Assembly: GCA_002269645.1 (NCBI GenBank)
Contig: NIVC01002603.1
Location: 93,725 to 157,724 of the forward strand
Reading direction: 5' to 3'
Length of the DNA: 64,000 bases
Origin: Macrostomum lignano
Lineage: Eukaryota
Shown here: positions 31,150-43,004 of the stretch, one piece after another
Layout: the number at the start of each line of letters is the position of its first letter
How positions within the stretch are numbered: the stretch's first letter is position 1
Program-made: the position numbers and the translations under genes
Notes under the pieces: generated by a model
Told to the model about the DNA's origin: nothing
Seen by the model: only the letters and a program-made list of their open reading frames with translations
The model's database searches: none

Positions 31150-32040
31150 AGGGTGATCCAAAGACACAGTAGTGAGGCAGGCATTGCCCATTTCACTAAT
31201 CCCTAAGAAGCCTGCATAAGCTAGGGCATGGGGCCAGTCAGGGAGGTCTGCTAGTCTGTCTGCAGCATTGTCTTTGGTGGGGAAGATGGAGGCTTGTTTG
31301 GTAGCTCAGAGGAACCAGATGAGCCATAGGATGTTCTCGGACCAGCAAGTGTCATCTAGGGACAGATTGGACCCCGAGGTAGTGGAGCTGGCAGTAGCCA
31401 GACAGTAGCAGACAAAGTGCTTGGCATCTTTGTTTTCAGAGGAAACTGCCTGGCAAAGCAACCGTGACCTGTGAAGGTCATAGTGAGAGCACAGATATCT
31501 TGTCGATTTTGGTTCAGAAGGATTCTCCGCAGCTTGAGGGACGGGTTGGGCACTGCCACCTGGAATTGACCAGAGGGGGGCCAAGGGTTGAGCTGGAGCT
31601 ACCTATCTTAGTGAGGGAGTCAGCAAGCTTGTTACCTTTGAAACTGGCGTTTCTTGGGATCCACGTGAACTAGATGGTGTTCCTCCGAGCCAGCTTGTTG
31701 AGCTGCCCAATATAGTCGCAGACTGTTTGTAGTGGTGTGACACAGGGCCTGCAAGGCAGCCTGGTAGTCAGAGTGGAAGAAGATTTTTCTGCCTTTGAAG
31801 TCCCTCCAGTAGAGCTCAGCTGCACAGGAGCTGATGGCAAGGACTTCGTTCTGGAAGACACTGGAGAGTCTGCCAGTGTGTTGGGCATGAGAGGCGATCA
31901 CGCGGCCATTGATAAGGATGCAGAGTCCAAAGCCGGATATACTGTCTTTGGAGGATGTCAGTGAAACAATGAGTCTCCCGAGGGGCCCAGCTGTCGCCAG
32001 CATTCTCCTTGGGAGGATAGTGACCTTGAAGCATTTCCCA
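31150..32040 (-). mobile_element. Decayed 3' part of a non-LTR retrotransposon (RNase H plus Cys/His knuckle)
   Basis: SVFQNEVLAI, IFFHSDYQAALQAL and FTWIPRNASFKGNKLADSL (RNase H motifs), followed by C..SSENKDAKHFVCYC; stops and frameshifts present. Confidence 0.75.
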
Positions 32041-32634
32041 CCTAGCTAATCTAATCTTTGCCCATTGCGCTTTGGTGTTCAATTTCATATTAGAGTTACA
32101 ATCTGGTGCATGACAGCTATGCAAGTGAAATGCCATGGCTCTTGACTCAATTTGTATGTATCGGCTTTTTTCATTTAAATAACTCAATAGAGCTCCTACC
32201 CCAGATGTATCAATTTTGAAAGGAGTGAAAAAAATTGTATGGAGGCTACTGAACTTTGACTTTGTCAGTAGTATCGTTGGCTTAGAAATCAACTATACGT
32301 AATAAACAATTAGTTTCTAGGTTCGTTTTTTAAATAAGCCTAGAAAAAACCTAGAAAATGTCTGCACATTGAAAATGAAAATTTCACTGATAACCTGTTT
32401 TTTGCCATAAAAGCTTCTTTCTGTGGGCATATTATCTACCATTTAGTCAATCTAAAGCTGAGTGTATCGATCGATCGATCGATCGACCAGCCGTGTTCAA
32501 CGCGTATCTCCTCCTAGTACTAATATATGTGCACTGCATTTCAGTCTTCACCAAACTCAAACACTAACGGCACCCGCGGCCATATTGAGCCAGACAGTCA
32601 GCGGAACTCTGGCGACAGTGTAGCGACAGCGACC

Positions 32635-33517
32635 ATGTCCACCGGAGCGGAGGCTCCAAAGCCTGATGGCGAAGACGCCGCCAGTTTGCGTCGCCATCTG
32701 GACGATCTGTCACGTCAGCGAGATGCTGTTGAGACAGAACTGGCCGAAATCGAGTCCCGTTTGACTAGGTAAACGGAAGCTGAGTATAGCTTTTTAGTAA
32801 CTAATTAGCTGCCGAAGCAGATATCCCCAAGTGTGTAAATACTCGCGCCTTTTACCCTACTAAATTAGCCGAATGCGAGATTTGCCTAGAAAGGGAACCG
32901 TTGACCCCTTGACCTCTGCAGTCAAGTAATAATTTCTCATATCCCGCAGGGAGCACGGCGTTGGCCTGACCGAACCGGCCCTGGTGGACTCCGAGGGCTA
33001 CCCGCTGGCCGATGTTGACATCTACGCTGTACGGCACCTGCGCAGTCGGGCGCACGAGTTGCGCAACGACTACTCGGCTCTGACTGGCCGCATCGAGCCG
33101 CTGCTGCACCGCCTGCACGCTGCCGCCAGCGTCGGGCTCGACCAGCTGACTTTGTCGCCGCCAACGACTGCGACGCCACCGACCGTCTTGTCGGAGCCGC
33201 CTCTGGCCATCGTCGGCCAGGTGGACAGCGGGTCGCCGGCGGCCGCGGCCGGCCTACAGCCTGGCGACATTGTGCTTAGAGTTGGACCGCTGAGCGGCGC
33301 CCCACCCCGGCCGCCGTTGACGGCAATCGCCGAGCATCTGCGCAGCCGGATCGGCCGGCCGGTGATCTTTGCGGTGGTTGGCGGACAGCAGCAGCAGGAG
33401 AATGGACGGCGAAGGCACGCCGTGGTGACGCCCGGCAGCCAGTGGCCGGGCAGTCGCGGCGGCGTTCTGGGCTGCAGACTGATGGAGCCGCCGACGCCAC
33501 AGCCGCCAGCCCATTGA
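32635..33517 (+). CDS. PSMD9: 26S proteasome regulatory particle assembly chaperone p27/Nas2
   Basis: Exons 32635-32768 and 32950-33517. N-terminal coiled coil with LVDSEGYPLADVDIYAVRHLR...LRNDY, then a PDZ domain (VGQVDSGSPAAAAGLQPGDIV...W.G.GVLGC). Confidence 0.9.
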
Positions 33518-34164
33518 GTGAGCTGAGCAGTCAGGGTGTCATTAGACTGTGCCTGTAGCTGTTTCCTATCCAGCATTGGGGATCATTTGGTCATTCGTAT
33601 TTTTCTGGCAATTAATTTGCAAATCAGACGAAAAATATCGTCGTCACGTGACTGTTCTGGCGATTGCTGGTATCCTATTGGATGAAAATGGATGGAAATA
33701 GTCACGTGACTCCTGGGTGCTTGCTAGCATGCTATTGGACGAAAATAGTCACGTGAATACTCTCCAAGCTAATTTATTTGTGGATGCAATTTTTTTTCTC
33801 GTGATTATTATTTTGCCAATTCATCAATTACCGCCAAGTATGAATGATTGGGTGATTACCATGTAATCCAAGTAATAGCCCTCATGCCAGTAATCCACCA
33901 ATACTAAATATGGTTTATCCTGTTATCCAGTGTCATATCTCTGTCTCAACTTTTTGTTGAGACAATTTTCTATAACAAAACAAATAGGTACAGTGTATGC
34001 ATTTTGTAAAGTAAATAAACATGAATGTAAGCTGAAGTCCAGTGCAACGCCTGTTCAGTAACGGGTGTATTTTCTCGTAACGCATGGTTAAAGTTTAATT
34101 GAAGTTGAAGTTTCCGATATTGCATTTTTATTTATTGGTCCACTACGAGTACTATGCTCACCCC

Positions 34165-34690
34165 GAATCCCTCAGATCCCCAGACTAGTTTCAACATCCT
34201 CTCAGATCCCCAGGCTTGTCCTTAAATCTTCTCAGATCCCCAGCCTCGTCCCCGAACCTCCTTAGATCCCCAGGCTAGTCCTCCAAATATCCTCAGATCC
34301 CCAGGCTAGTCCCCTAATCCCCTCAGATCCTCAGGCTAGTCCCCTAATCCCCTCAGATCCCCAGGCTAGTCCCCTAATCCCCCCAGATCCCCAGGCTAGT
34401 CCCCTAATCCCCTCAGATCCCCAGGCTAGTCCCCTAATCCCCTCAGATCCCCAGGCTAGTCCCCTAATCCCCTCAGATCCTCAGGCTAGTCTCCATATTC
34501 CCTCAGATTCCCAGGCTAGTCTCCATATCCCCTCAGATTCCCAGGCTAGTCTCCATATCCCCTCAGATCCCCAGGCTAGTCTCCAAATCCCCTCAGATCC
34601 CCAGACTAGTCCCCTAATCCCCTCAGATCCTTAGGCTAATCCCCCCATTCCCTCAGATTCCCAGGCTAGTCTCCATATCCCCTCAGGTTC
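34165..34690. repeat. 30-bp minisatellite CCCCTAATCCCCTCAGATCCCCAGGCTAGT
   Basis: About 17 tandem copies. Confidence 0.9.
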
Positions 34691-34811
34691 ATCCTTTCTA
34701 GCTCCCATTCTCAGCTCTCAGTTTAGTTTGGCTTCCGTTACTTAAGTCTTAATTGTGGAGGCTTTTTCAATTCCTTCCTCGCAAGAGTGCAGAGTTCAAT
34801 GCTCAAGTCGG

Positions 34812-37800
34812 TCAGAGCAGGCGTTTCCCAGCCTGTGTCAGCACGGCCCGCACTCGCAGCTGTTTGTAGGCCTCCCAGTTCACTCGCTCCTGCAGTCGGC
34901 GCTGCAGTTCGCGCCTATTAGGGTAGTGCGTCACCTGGTTGCGTAGGCAGTCCAGCAGCTGCTTTGGCGACTGTTCCACGTAGTATGCCTTGTCTAGCAG
35001 CAGGCAGCGGGTTGATGGAGCTCCGCTGATGAGGCTGAGAGCCGGCTGGTCTGTGCGGAACAGCTCCTGCAGGCCGAACACTTCGCCTCGGGTTAGGGTG
35101 CGCAGGCGCGTGAACTGGGGCTGCTCCGGCTGCGAATAAAAATCGGGTTGAGGATGGAGCGGTACAGGATGTAGCAAAAATGTAAGCGTATCACAGGACG
35201 CCTATATTGCTGGATATCTTGATGGATCTTTTGAATCCTTAACCATAGAATCCATGTAGACGCCCTAAATTGGAAAAAGGGACTTTGATTGCTCATCGTG
35301 ACGCTGAGATATAGATTTTTTGGTAGTCATTCACAAGTTATTCAGAGGCACATTGTCTCTTGTGGGATCCTCTTGGTTGGCTGTGAATTGCTGGACAAGT
35401 CTCAGATGAACTCCCGAAATCTATATGGTTGAGCACAGAATCTCATCCAGTTACTTTCGCGTGAGTCGCATTACGTTACGCTCGTACCGTTGTGTCTTCT
35501 GAGCGACTAAACGTTGATTTATAACGGCCCTGAGGAGGCATTGAGAATCTCACTCACCAACTGCACATCAGTTTCATTGTCGTAGCGGTGGTACCGCCTA
35601 TCCAGCTGGTTGGTCGGCACCAGGCTGGCCGCCGGGTCCTCGTCCAGCTCGTCTGCTAAATATTGTTTAAAAATAGCGTATGGATCCATCAATTGACAGA
35701 TCTGTCACCATAAAGGAATTACATATAACAGACGAGTTGCAAGAGTACTCAAATAACTTACATGTGCGCGACATTGAACGTTCAAATTTCATTGCTGATT
35801 TAACTGTGCTTCTCTGCTGACAGGGTTCAGAGACCTGTGGGAGCATTGCGTGATGCCAGATTTAAAAAGCACCGAACAATCAGCTTGGAACCTTTCGAGA
35901 AGCATGTTTTCCGAAAATTTAATTACCTTAGTATTGAGCAATTTCTTAACTAAGACACGTACTTTCTCATGCTTTTCAAGTTTCGTGAAAATCGGTTGAG
36001 CTGTTTTTTTCTGAAATCAATCAAGCATACCTTAATAGATACCGACAACTTGTTTTTAGTATAGTGGACTAGCAATCTGCACCCCCCTTGGGGAGGCAAC
36101 GAAGAAAGGAATCAAATTTTTTGAATAAACAACACGCAACTTTTGAAACTGTACAGTCACTTTTGTTAATTTCTGAAAGCAATTTTTTTTTCTCTGCTTA
36201 AGCCATGGCTTATCCCTAACTCTTCTTTCTCATGCTTGACCTACCAACAACTCGATCCCAAGTGACCCTTGGCATCTCAGCAACTCGGTGCACAAGCCCC
36301 TATAGGAAGTTAATAATTGACTGCAGTGCAGCAACTCACAGCCGATCCGTAAGTTTCAGCCGTTGGCGGTCGTCTCGTACTTTCTCCACTTCCGGTCGAA
36401 GCAGCAGCCGCCTTCCGCTCTGGCGCACCTGCTGTAGTCTGCGGCCGGTGTGGTTCTTGCTGCGCCCGCTGCGGCGACTGCGGCGGCGGCGGCAAGTGCG
36501 TGATGAACGGTCGCTGATCTTCGTCTGCGAGATCGTCGTCTGCGGGAGCGACGGGCCGAATCCGTCTGGGGTACGGCGCCTGCGCAGCCTGCTGCGGATT
36601 GCGGCTGGTCTGAGGTCGCCGACATGCGTGATGCCGCTGATGCAGACTGGGTCCGACTTTGTCCAGCGCTAGCAGCACCTGCGCGCTGCCCTGTGTGAGA
36701 GAAGTCGCATTTGTCTTGTCAAACTGCTTTTGCAGCTATTGAATAATGTGGATTTACAGTAAAATAATTGGAGCCATTGCTGCACCCTGCATGCATGAAG
36801 GAACGGGAGCCATTGCTGCACCCTGCATGCATGAAGGAACGGGAGCCATTGCTGCACCCTGCATGCATGAAGGAACGGGAGCCATTGCTGCACCCTGCAT
36901 TCATGAAGGAACGGGAGCCATTGCTGCACCCTGCATGCATGAAGGAACGGGAGCCATTGCTGCACCCTGCATGCATGAAGGAACGGGAGCCATTGCTGCA
37001 CCCTGCATGCATGAAGGAACGGGAGCTATTGCTGCACCCTGCATGCATGAAGGAACGGGAGCCATTGCTGCACCCTGCATTCATGAAGGAACGGGAGCCA
37101 TTGCTTCACCCTGCATGCATGAAGGAACGGGATCCATTGCTGCACACTGCACCATTATGAAACCAAACTTTGGAGAAGAGAAGGATGGAATTCCCATTAG
37201 AGTTGCAGCTTTTCCCTGCACCTTACCGATTTCACAACGCAAATCCAACGGCTGCAGCTGCTGTTCTTCACAATCACTGCAGCTCGTCTGAAAACGAAAA
37301 ATTCCAAACTTAATTATAACTGTGAGAAGCACTTGTTGAAAATTGCCAGGTATTCGTCTCACTTGTAGCAGCGCTCTTCAATCTTGCCGTTGGAGTGTTT
37401 GAGCTGTTCCGCTGTCCACCCGCTGAGGAAGTCCAGGCTTCTTTAATAAAGATTCGTTAAGATGAATGATACACGATGATACATGATAAATGTTCCTGAT
37501 ACATGATTAGAAATTATCAGCATTTGCAGCGATACTGGAAGCTTTGGTTGGTACATGATTTAGGCAGCTACATGATTTAGATAAGTACATGATTTTGGTA
37601 AGTACATGATTTATGTAAGTAAATGATTTAGGTAAGTACATGATTTAGGTAAGAACATGATTTAGGCAGCTACATGATTTAGATAAGTACATGATTTAGG
37701 TAAGTACATGATTTAGGTAAGAACATGATTTAGGTAAGAACATGATTTGGGTAAGAACATGATTTAGGTAAGAACATGATTTAGGTAAGAACATGATTTA

Positions 37801-38785
37801 GGTAAGAACATGATTTGGGTAAGAACATGATTTAGGTAAGAACATGATTTAGGTAAGAACATGATTTGGGTAAGAACATGATTTAGGTAAGAACATGATT
37901 TAGGTAAGAACATGATTTAGGTAAGAACATGATTTAGGTAAGAACATGATTTAGGTAAGAACATGATTTGGGTAAGAACATGATTTAGGTAAGAACATGA
38001 TTTGGGTAAGAACATGATTTAGGTAAGAACATGATTTAGGTAAGAACATGATTTAGGTAAGAACATGATTTAGGTAAGAGCATGATTTAGGTAAGAACAT
38101 GATTTAGGTAAGAACATGATTTGGGTAAGAACATGATTTAGGTAAGAGCATGATTTGGGTAGAACATGATTTAGGTAAGAGCATGATTTAGGTAAGAACA
38201 TGATTTGGGTAAGAACATGATTTGGGTAAGAACATGATTTAGGTAAGAACATGATTTAGGTAAGAACATGATTTAGGTAAGAACATGATTTAGGTAAGAA
38301 CATGATTTGGGTAAGAACATGATTTAGGTAAGAGCATGATTTAGGTAAGAACATGATTTGGGTAAGAACATGATTTGGGTAAGAACATGATTTAGGTAAG
38401 AACATGATTTAGGTAAGAACATGATTTAGGTAAGAACATGATTTAGGTAAGAACATGATTTGGGTAAGAACATGATTTAGGTAAGAACATGATTTAGGTA
38501 AGAACATGATTTAGCTAAGAACATGATTTAGGTAAGAACATGATTTGGGTAAGAACATGATTTAGGTAAGAACATGATTTAGGTAAGAGCATGATTTAGG
38601 TAAGAACATGATTTGGGTAAGAACATGATTTAGGTAAGAACATGATTTAGGTAAGAACATGATTTAGGTAAGAACATGATTTAGGTAAGAACATGATTTA
38701 GGTAAGAACATGATTTAGGTAGTTTAACTCACGCCAGAAATTCCAAGTCTGCGTCGGCAATTTGATCAGCACCTTCTGCGCTCAT
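34812..38785 (-). CDS. Cyclic nucleotide-binding domain protein (CNBD2-like), ~336 aa
   Basis: Exons 38785-38733, 37440-37363, 37287-37227, 36690-36340, 36299-36245, 35652-35558 and 35129-34812 join in phase (1011 nt). LDFLSGW..., VIVKNSSCSRWICVVKSGSAQV, LTRGEVFGL, SLISG, YP...LQ...W..YK. Confidence 0.7.
36770..37150. repeat. 35-bp minisatellite, same family as 27360-28250
   Basis: About 11 copies of ATGAAGGAACGGGAGCCATTGCTGCACCCTGCATGC. Confidence 0.95.
37550..38720. repeat. 17-bp minisatellite AACATGATTT(A/G)GGTAAG
   Basis: About 68 tandem copies in the first intron of the CNBD gene. Confidence 0.95.
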
Positions 38786-39644
38786 TTTTTAAATTTTCAT
38801 TTCTGACGACAGATTGACTGCAGCGGTAGGCTTATGGCACAATATACTCATTACTACGTATATACACTGCTAGATGTGCTGCACCCCCAGACTTAAAGAT
38901 GATTGGCTCAAAGGTGGGGCTCAACAGCACTTTCCGTTTGAGTCGCTTGAGTAAGAACTCTCAGCTTCTTCAATGGTTTGAATGGTAGAGAAGGCAGACG
39001 AAAAAGCAGACTTAAGAGAGTTGCCATTCTTGCCAGCTCTGTAGCAACCCGATGCAACCTAATTCCTTCAACCTTGGTCCCAATGAAATGGAAAATTAAA
39101 AAGCAAGAATGAAAAAGATCGGAAATTATCCCCAAGCTCTCAGCTCTGTGACTGCCAAAATCTTTTAATGAACTTTTCTCGACCTGAGGCATGAGATCCA
39201 ATTTGGGCTCTCGTTCCCTGGGGATGGGGATGGAGAGGATTCATATAAACTAAAACGAGGTGCAGAAGAGCTCAAGCAAATTACGCTAAAGACGTGTGGC
39301 AGGAAATGCAGCTCTGAGAGCTACGTACCACTCTCCCGAAGCGGGCGTGCCAAGAGGTGCCATTTATCTCTCATGGCAAGGCAAGTGTCACTCAGTTTAG
39401 AGACCGTTTTATTAATAGCGAAAATTCTAAACAGAGACGAGTTATGGAGGGTGAAGCCATGCAGCTGCCTGCCCTCCTGACACTTCAGCTTCGGCTCTGA
39501 GTTGAAATGCAGCACGCAGACTGCACCCAAATAAATGACAGTTTATTGCAGCCATTCATCTGTGTCAGAGTTGGCACCTTGATAATGCTAACACACCTTG
39601 TTCTGTGTTGGGTCTGCCAGTTTTTCTCTTTTTAGTGTCCGTCT

Positions 39645-39647
39645 GGC

Positions 39648-39715
<68 letters not shown>

Positions 39716-39748
39716 AGTCTGTCAGTCTGTCAGTCTGTCAGTCTGTCA

Positions 39749-39847
<99 letters not shown>

Positions 39848-39912
39848 AGTCTGTCAGTCTGTCAGTCTGTCAGTCTGTCAGTCTGTCAGTCTGTCTGTCT
39901 GTCAGTCTGTCA

Positions 39913-39979
<67 letters not shown>

Positions 39980-39980
39980 A

Positions 39981-40047
<67 letters not shown>

Positions 40048-40085
40048 AGTCTGTCAGTCTGTCAGTCTGTCAGTCTGTCTGTCTA

Positions 40086-40168
<83 letters not shown>

Positions 40169-40180
40169 TTCAGTCTGTCA

Positions 40181-40246
<66 letters not shown>

Positions 40247-40250
40247 TTCT
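39645..40250. repeat. (CTGT)n microsatellite with CAGT variants
   Basis: Direct reading. Confidence 0.97.
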
Positions 40251-40934
40251 GCTTGTCTATCTGTTCCCCAACTTTTGTTTGAAATATTATTAAGAAACAA
40301 CACATCGCGATCACATCGGACTACGTAAGAAGCAAGGACTAGTCAACTTCACTTAACTTAGCAGTTACATGTAAGTGGTCGTTGCTAAGGAGGCATTAAG
40401 TGAAGTGGCACAGCTATCTTATTTATGATCAGCAAGTACGGCACCTTTGGTTCATTTGTACCGACTTACCTCGTGCCAGCTAAGGCCACCAGTGACAGGG
40501 CAGGTTGTTTAAACTGCATGGTTGTCACCTCACTTTATTTTCAGGTTTATTGCTTTTAAAATCAATAAAGTATTTCATGTCCCCGGTCGCACCACTTCGC
40601 TCTGATCTATTTTGGTATGTTTTTTTACCTGCTTGCCTTGCGTTCACTTGTGAACCGACTAGATTGTATCTGATCAATGTATTAATCCATGATCCGTCTG
40701 GCAGTTTGACCTTCATCTGGCACCCTACAGACTGAGATGAATCAAAGACTTTGCTAATCTGGGCCCATGTTTTCCCTGTCGCGCAATGTCCCGCGTATTA
40801 AAGATCCTGTGCCGTATGTCCGAGCTAACTAATTGTCTTACAAATATGGGGCTTCTTTCCATGCTTCTTATCTGTAACCTGACCTTCAATTGAACTCCGA
40901 CTTTGAATTGAGCAAGTGGCAAGAGACTTGGCTT

Positions 40935-41930
40935 ACAGGGGCGTCCACCAAGAGACAGGGTCGCCCACCAAGAGACAGGGACGCCCACCAAGAGACAGGG
41001 ACGCCCACCAAGAGACAGGGGCGCCCACCAAGAGACAGCGGCACCCACCAAGAGACAGGGGCGCCCAACAAAGAGACAGGGACGCCCACCAAGAGACAGG
41101 GTCGCCCACCAAGAGACAGGGGCGCCCACCAAGAGACAGGGCGCCCACCAAGAGACAGGGACGCCCACCAAGAGACAGGGGCGCCCACCAAGAGACAGCG
41201 GCACCCACCAAGAGACAGGGGCGCCCAACAAAGAGACAGGGACGCCCACCAAGAGACAGGGGCGCCCACCAAGAGACAGGGACGCCCACCAAGAGACAGG
41301 GGCGCCCACAAAGAGACAGGGTCGCCCACCAAGAGACAGGGGCGCCCACCAAGAGACAGGGCGCCCACCAAGAGACAGGGACGCCCACCAAGAGACAGGG
41401 GCGCCCACCAAGAGACAAGGGCGCCCACCAGGAGACAGGGGCACCCACCAAAAGACAGGGACGCCCACCAAAAGACAGGGGCGCCCACCAAGAGACAGGG
41501 GCGCCCACCAAGAGACAGGGACGCCCACCAAGAGACAGGGGCGCCCACCAAGAGACAGGGGCGCCCACCAAGAGACAGCGGCACCCACCAAGAGACAGCG
41601 GCTCCAAACAACAGACAGGGACGCCCACCAAGAGACAGGGGCGCCCACCAAGAGACAAGGGCGCCCACCAAAAGACAGGGACGCCCACCAAGAGACAGGG
41701 GCTCCAAACAACAGACAGGGACGCCCACCAAGAGACAGGGGCTCCAAACAACAGACAGGGACGCCCACCAAGAGACAGGGGCTCCAAACAACAGACAGGG
41801 ACGCCCACCAAGAGATAGGGGCGCCCACCAAGAGACAAGGGTGCCCACCAAAAGACAGGGACGCCCACCAAGTGACATGGACGCCCACCAAGAGACAGGG
41901 GCTCCAAACAACAGACAGGGGCGCCCACCA
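40935..41930. repeat. 20-bp minisatellite (G/A)CGCCCACCAAGAGACAGGG
   Basis: About 50 tandem copies. Confidence 0.95.
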
Positions 41931-42494
41931 GCTCATAGACAGAGAGCCTGTTGAGAAGTGGACTCTGCAATGCAGTATTACAGCTTTCGGAAATGCGCAG
42001 TAGAAATGCGTAGTGTTGTGACAACACTTGCTTGGCCTACGAATGCAAAAAATAAAATTCAACAAGTTTAATCTGACCTTTATCTGGGTCCATAAATTTT
42101 ATTGTTACTCAGCTCGTTTGCATATATTTCATCTATTTTGCATGACCTGCGCAGCAAGCAATTAATGCTGCAGAACTGCAGAAGCAGGGCACAGCAAGTC
42201 AACCCAGCAGTACGCAGATCGTCAAGGCATGGATGAAAAGCTGATAGCTGCATTATATCTGATGCATTGTAGATACACCGGCTGTTATTCTATTTTGAAA
42301 TGTAAAAGTTCACTGAACGTTCAAAAACCGTGAAAACAAATGAAACAAATGAAAACAAATGAAACAAATGAAAACAAATTTTCATTAAAAGATTCGGCAA
42401 ATATTGTCAAAAATGGAAGTTTATACAATCTGGGTACTTGAAATATAAATGTCCTATCGCTATTATAAGAAATTGAAATATCTGAATATTTGCA

Positions 42495-42672
42495 ATCCAC
42501 TGGAGCCCCAGAATCCACTGGAGCCCCAGAATCCACTGGAGCCCCAGAATCCACTGGAGCCCCAGAATCCACTGGAGCCCCAGAATCCACTGGAACCCCA
42601 GAATCCACTGAAACCCCAGAATCCACTGGAACCCCAGAATCCACTGGAACCCCAGAATCCACTGGAACCCCA
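42495..42672. repeat. 18-bp minisatellite GAATCCACTGGAGCCCCA
   Basis: About 10 copies. Confidence 0.9.
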
Positions 42673-43004
42673 TAGCTCATAGAGACTCATAGCTGACAAT
42701 GTAATGCACATTTACATGCTGCAATTGCTGTATGTGCATGTGCATAAGTACAAAAAGTTTTACCACAGGCTGTAAGAGTGCAGATTTTAGGCCTTGGGAT
42801 CAAATTGGACTCAGAATTTCGACTCTCTTGATGTTGCAAGCTGACAAATATTGTCAGCAAGGAATTGGGAGACTCTTCAAAATTAAATACATTGAAATTC
42901 ATATAAGAAGTAAATGATTAATTAACAGCTCATCTGGAGCACAAAAGTTTATCCGAGCTAAGAACTGCAAAAAGCGTCATGAAGTTCCTCGCTGCCCAAT
43001 GCCT

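Noticed and set aside
38908-39530. Minus-strand ORFs of 97 and 69 aa, possibly a retroelement remnant
   Set aside because: No motif I can name with confidence; needs TBLASTN or profile search.
40505-40900. Stop-interrupted coding-like sequence next to the 20-bp array
   Set aside because: No recognisable domain and no consistent splice context.
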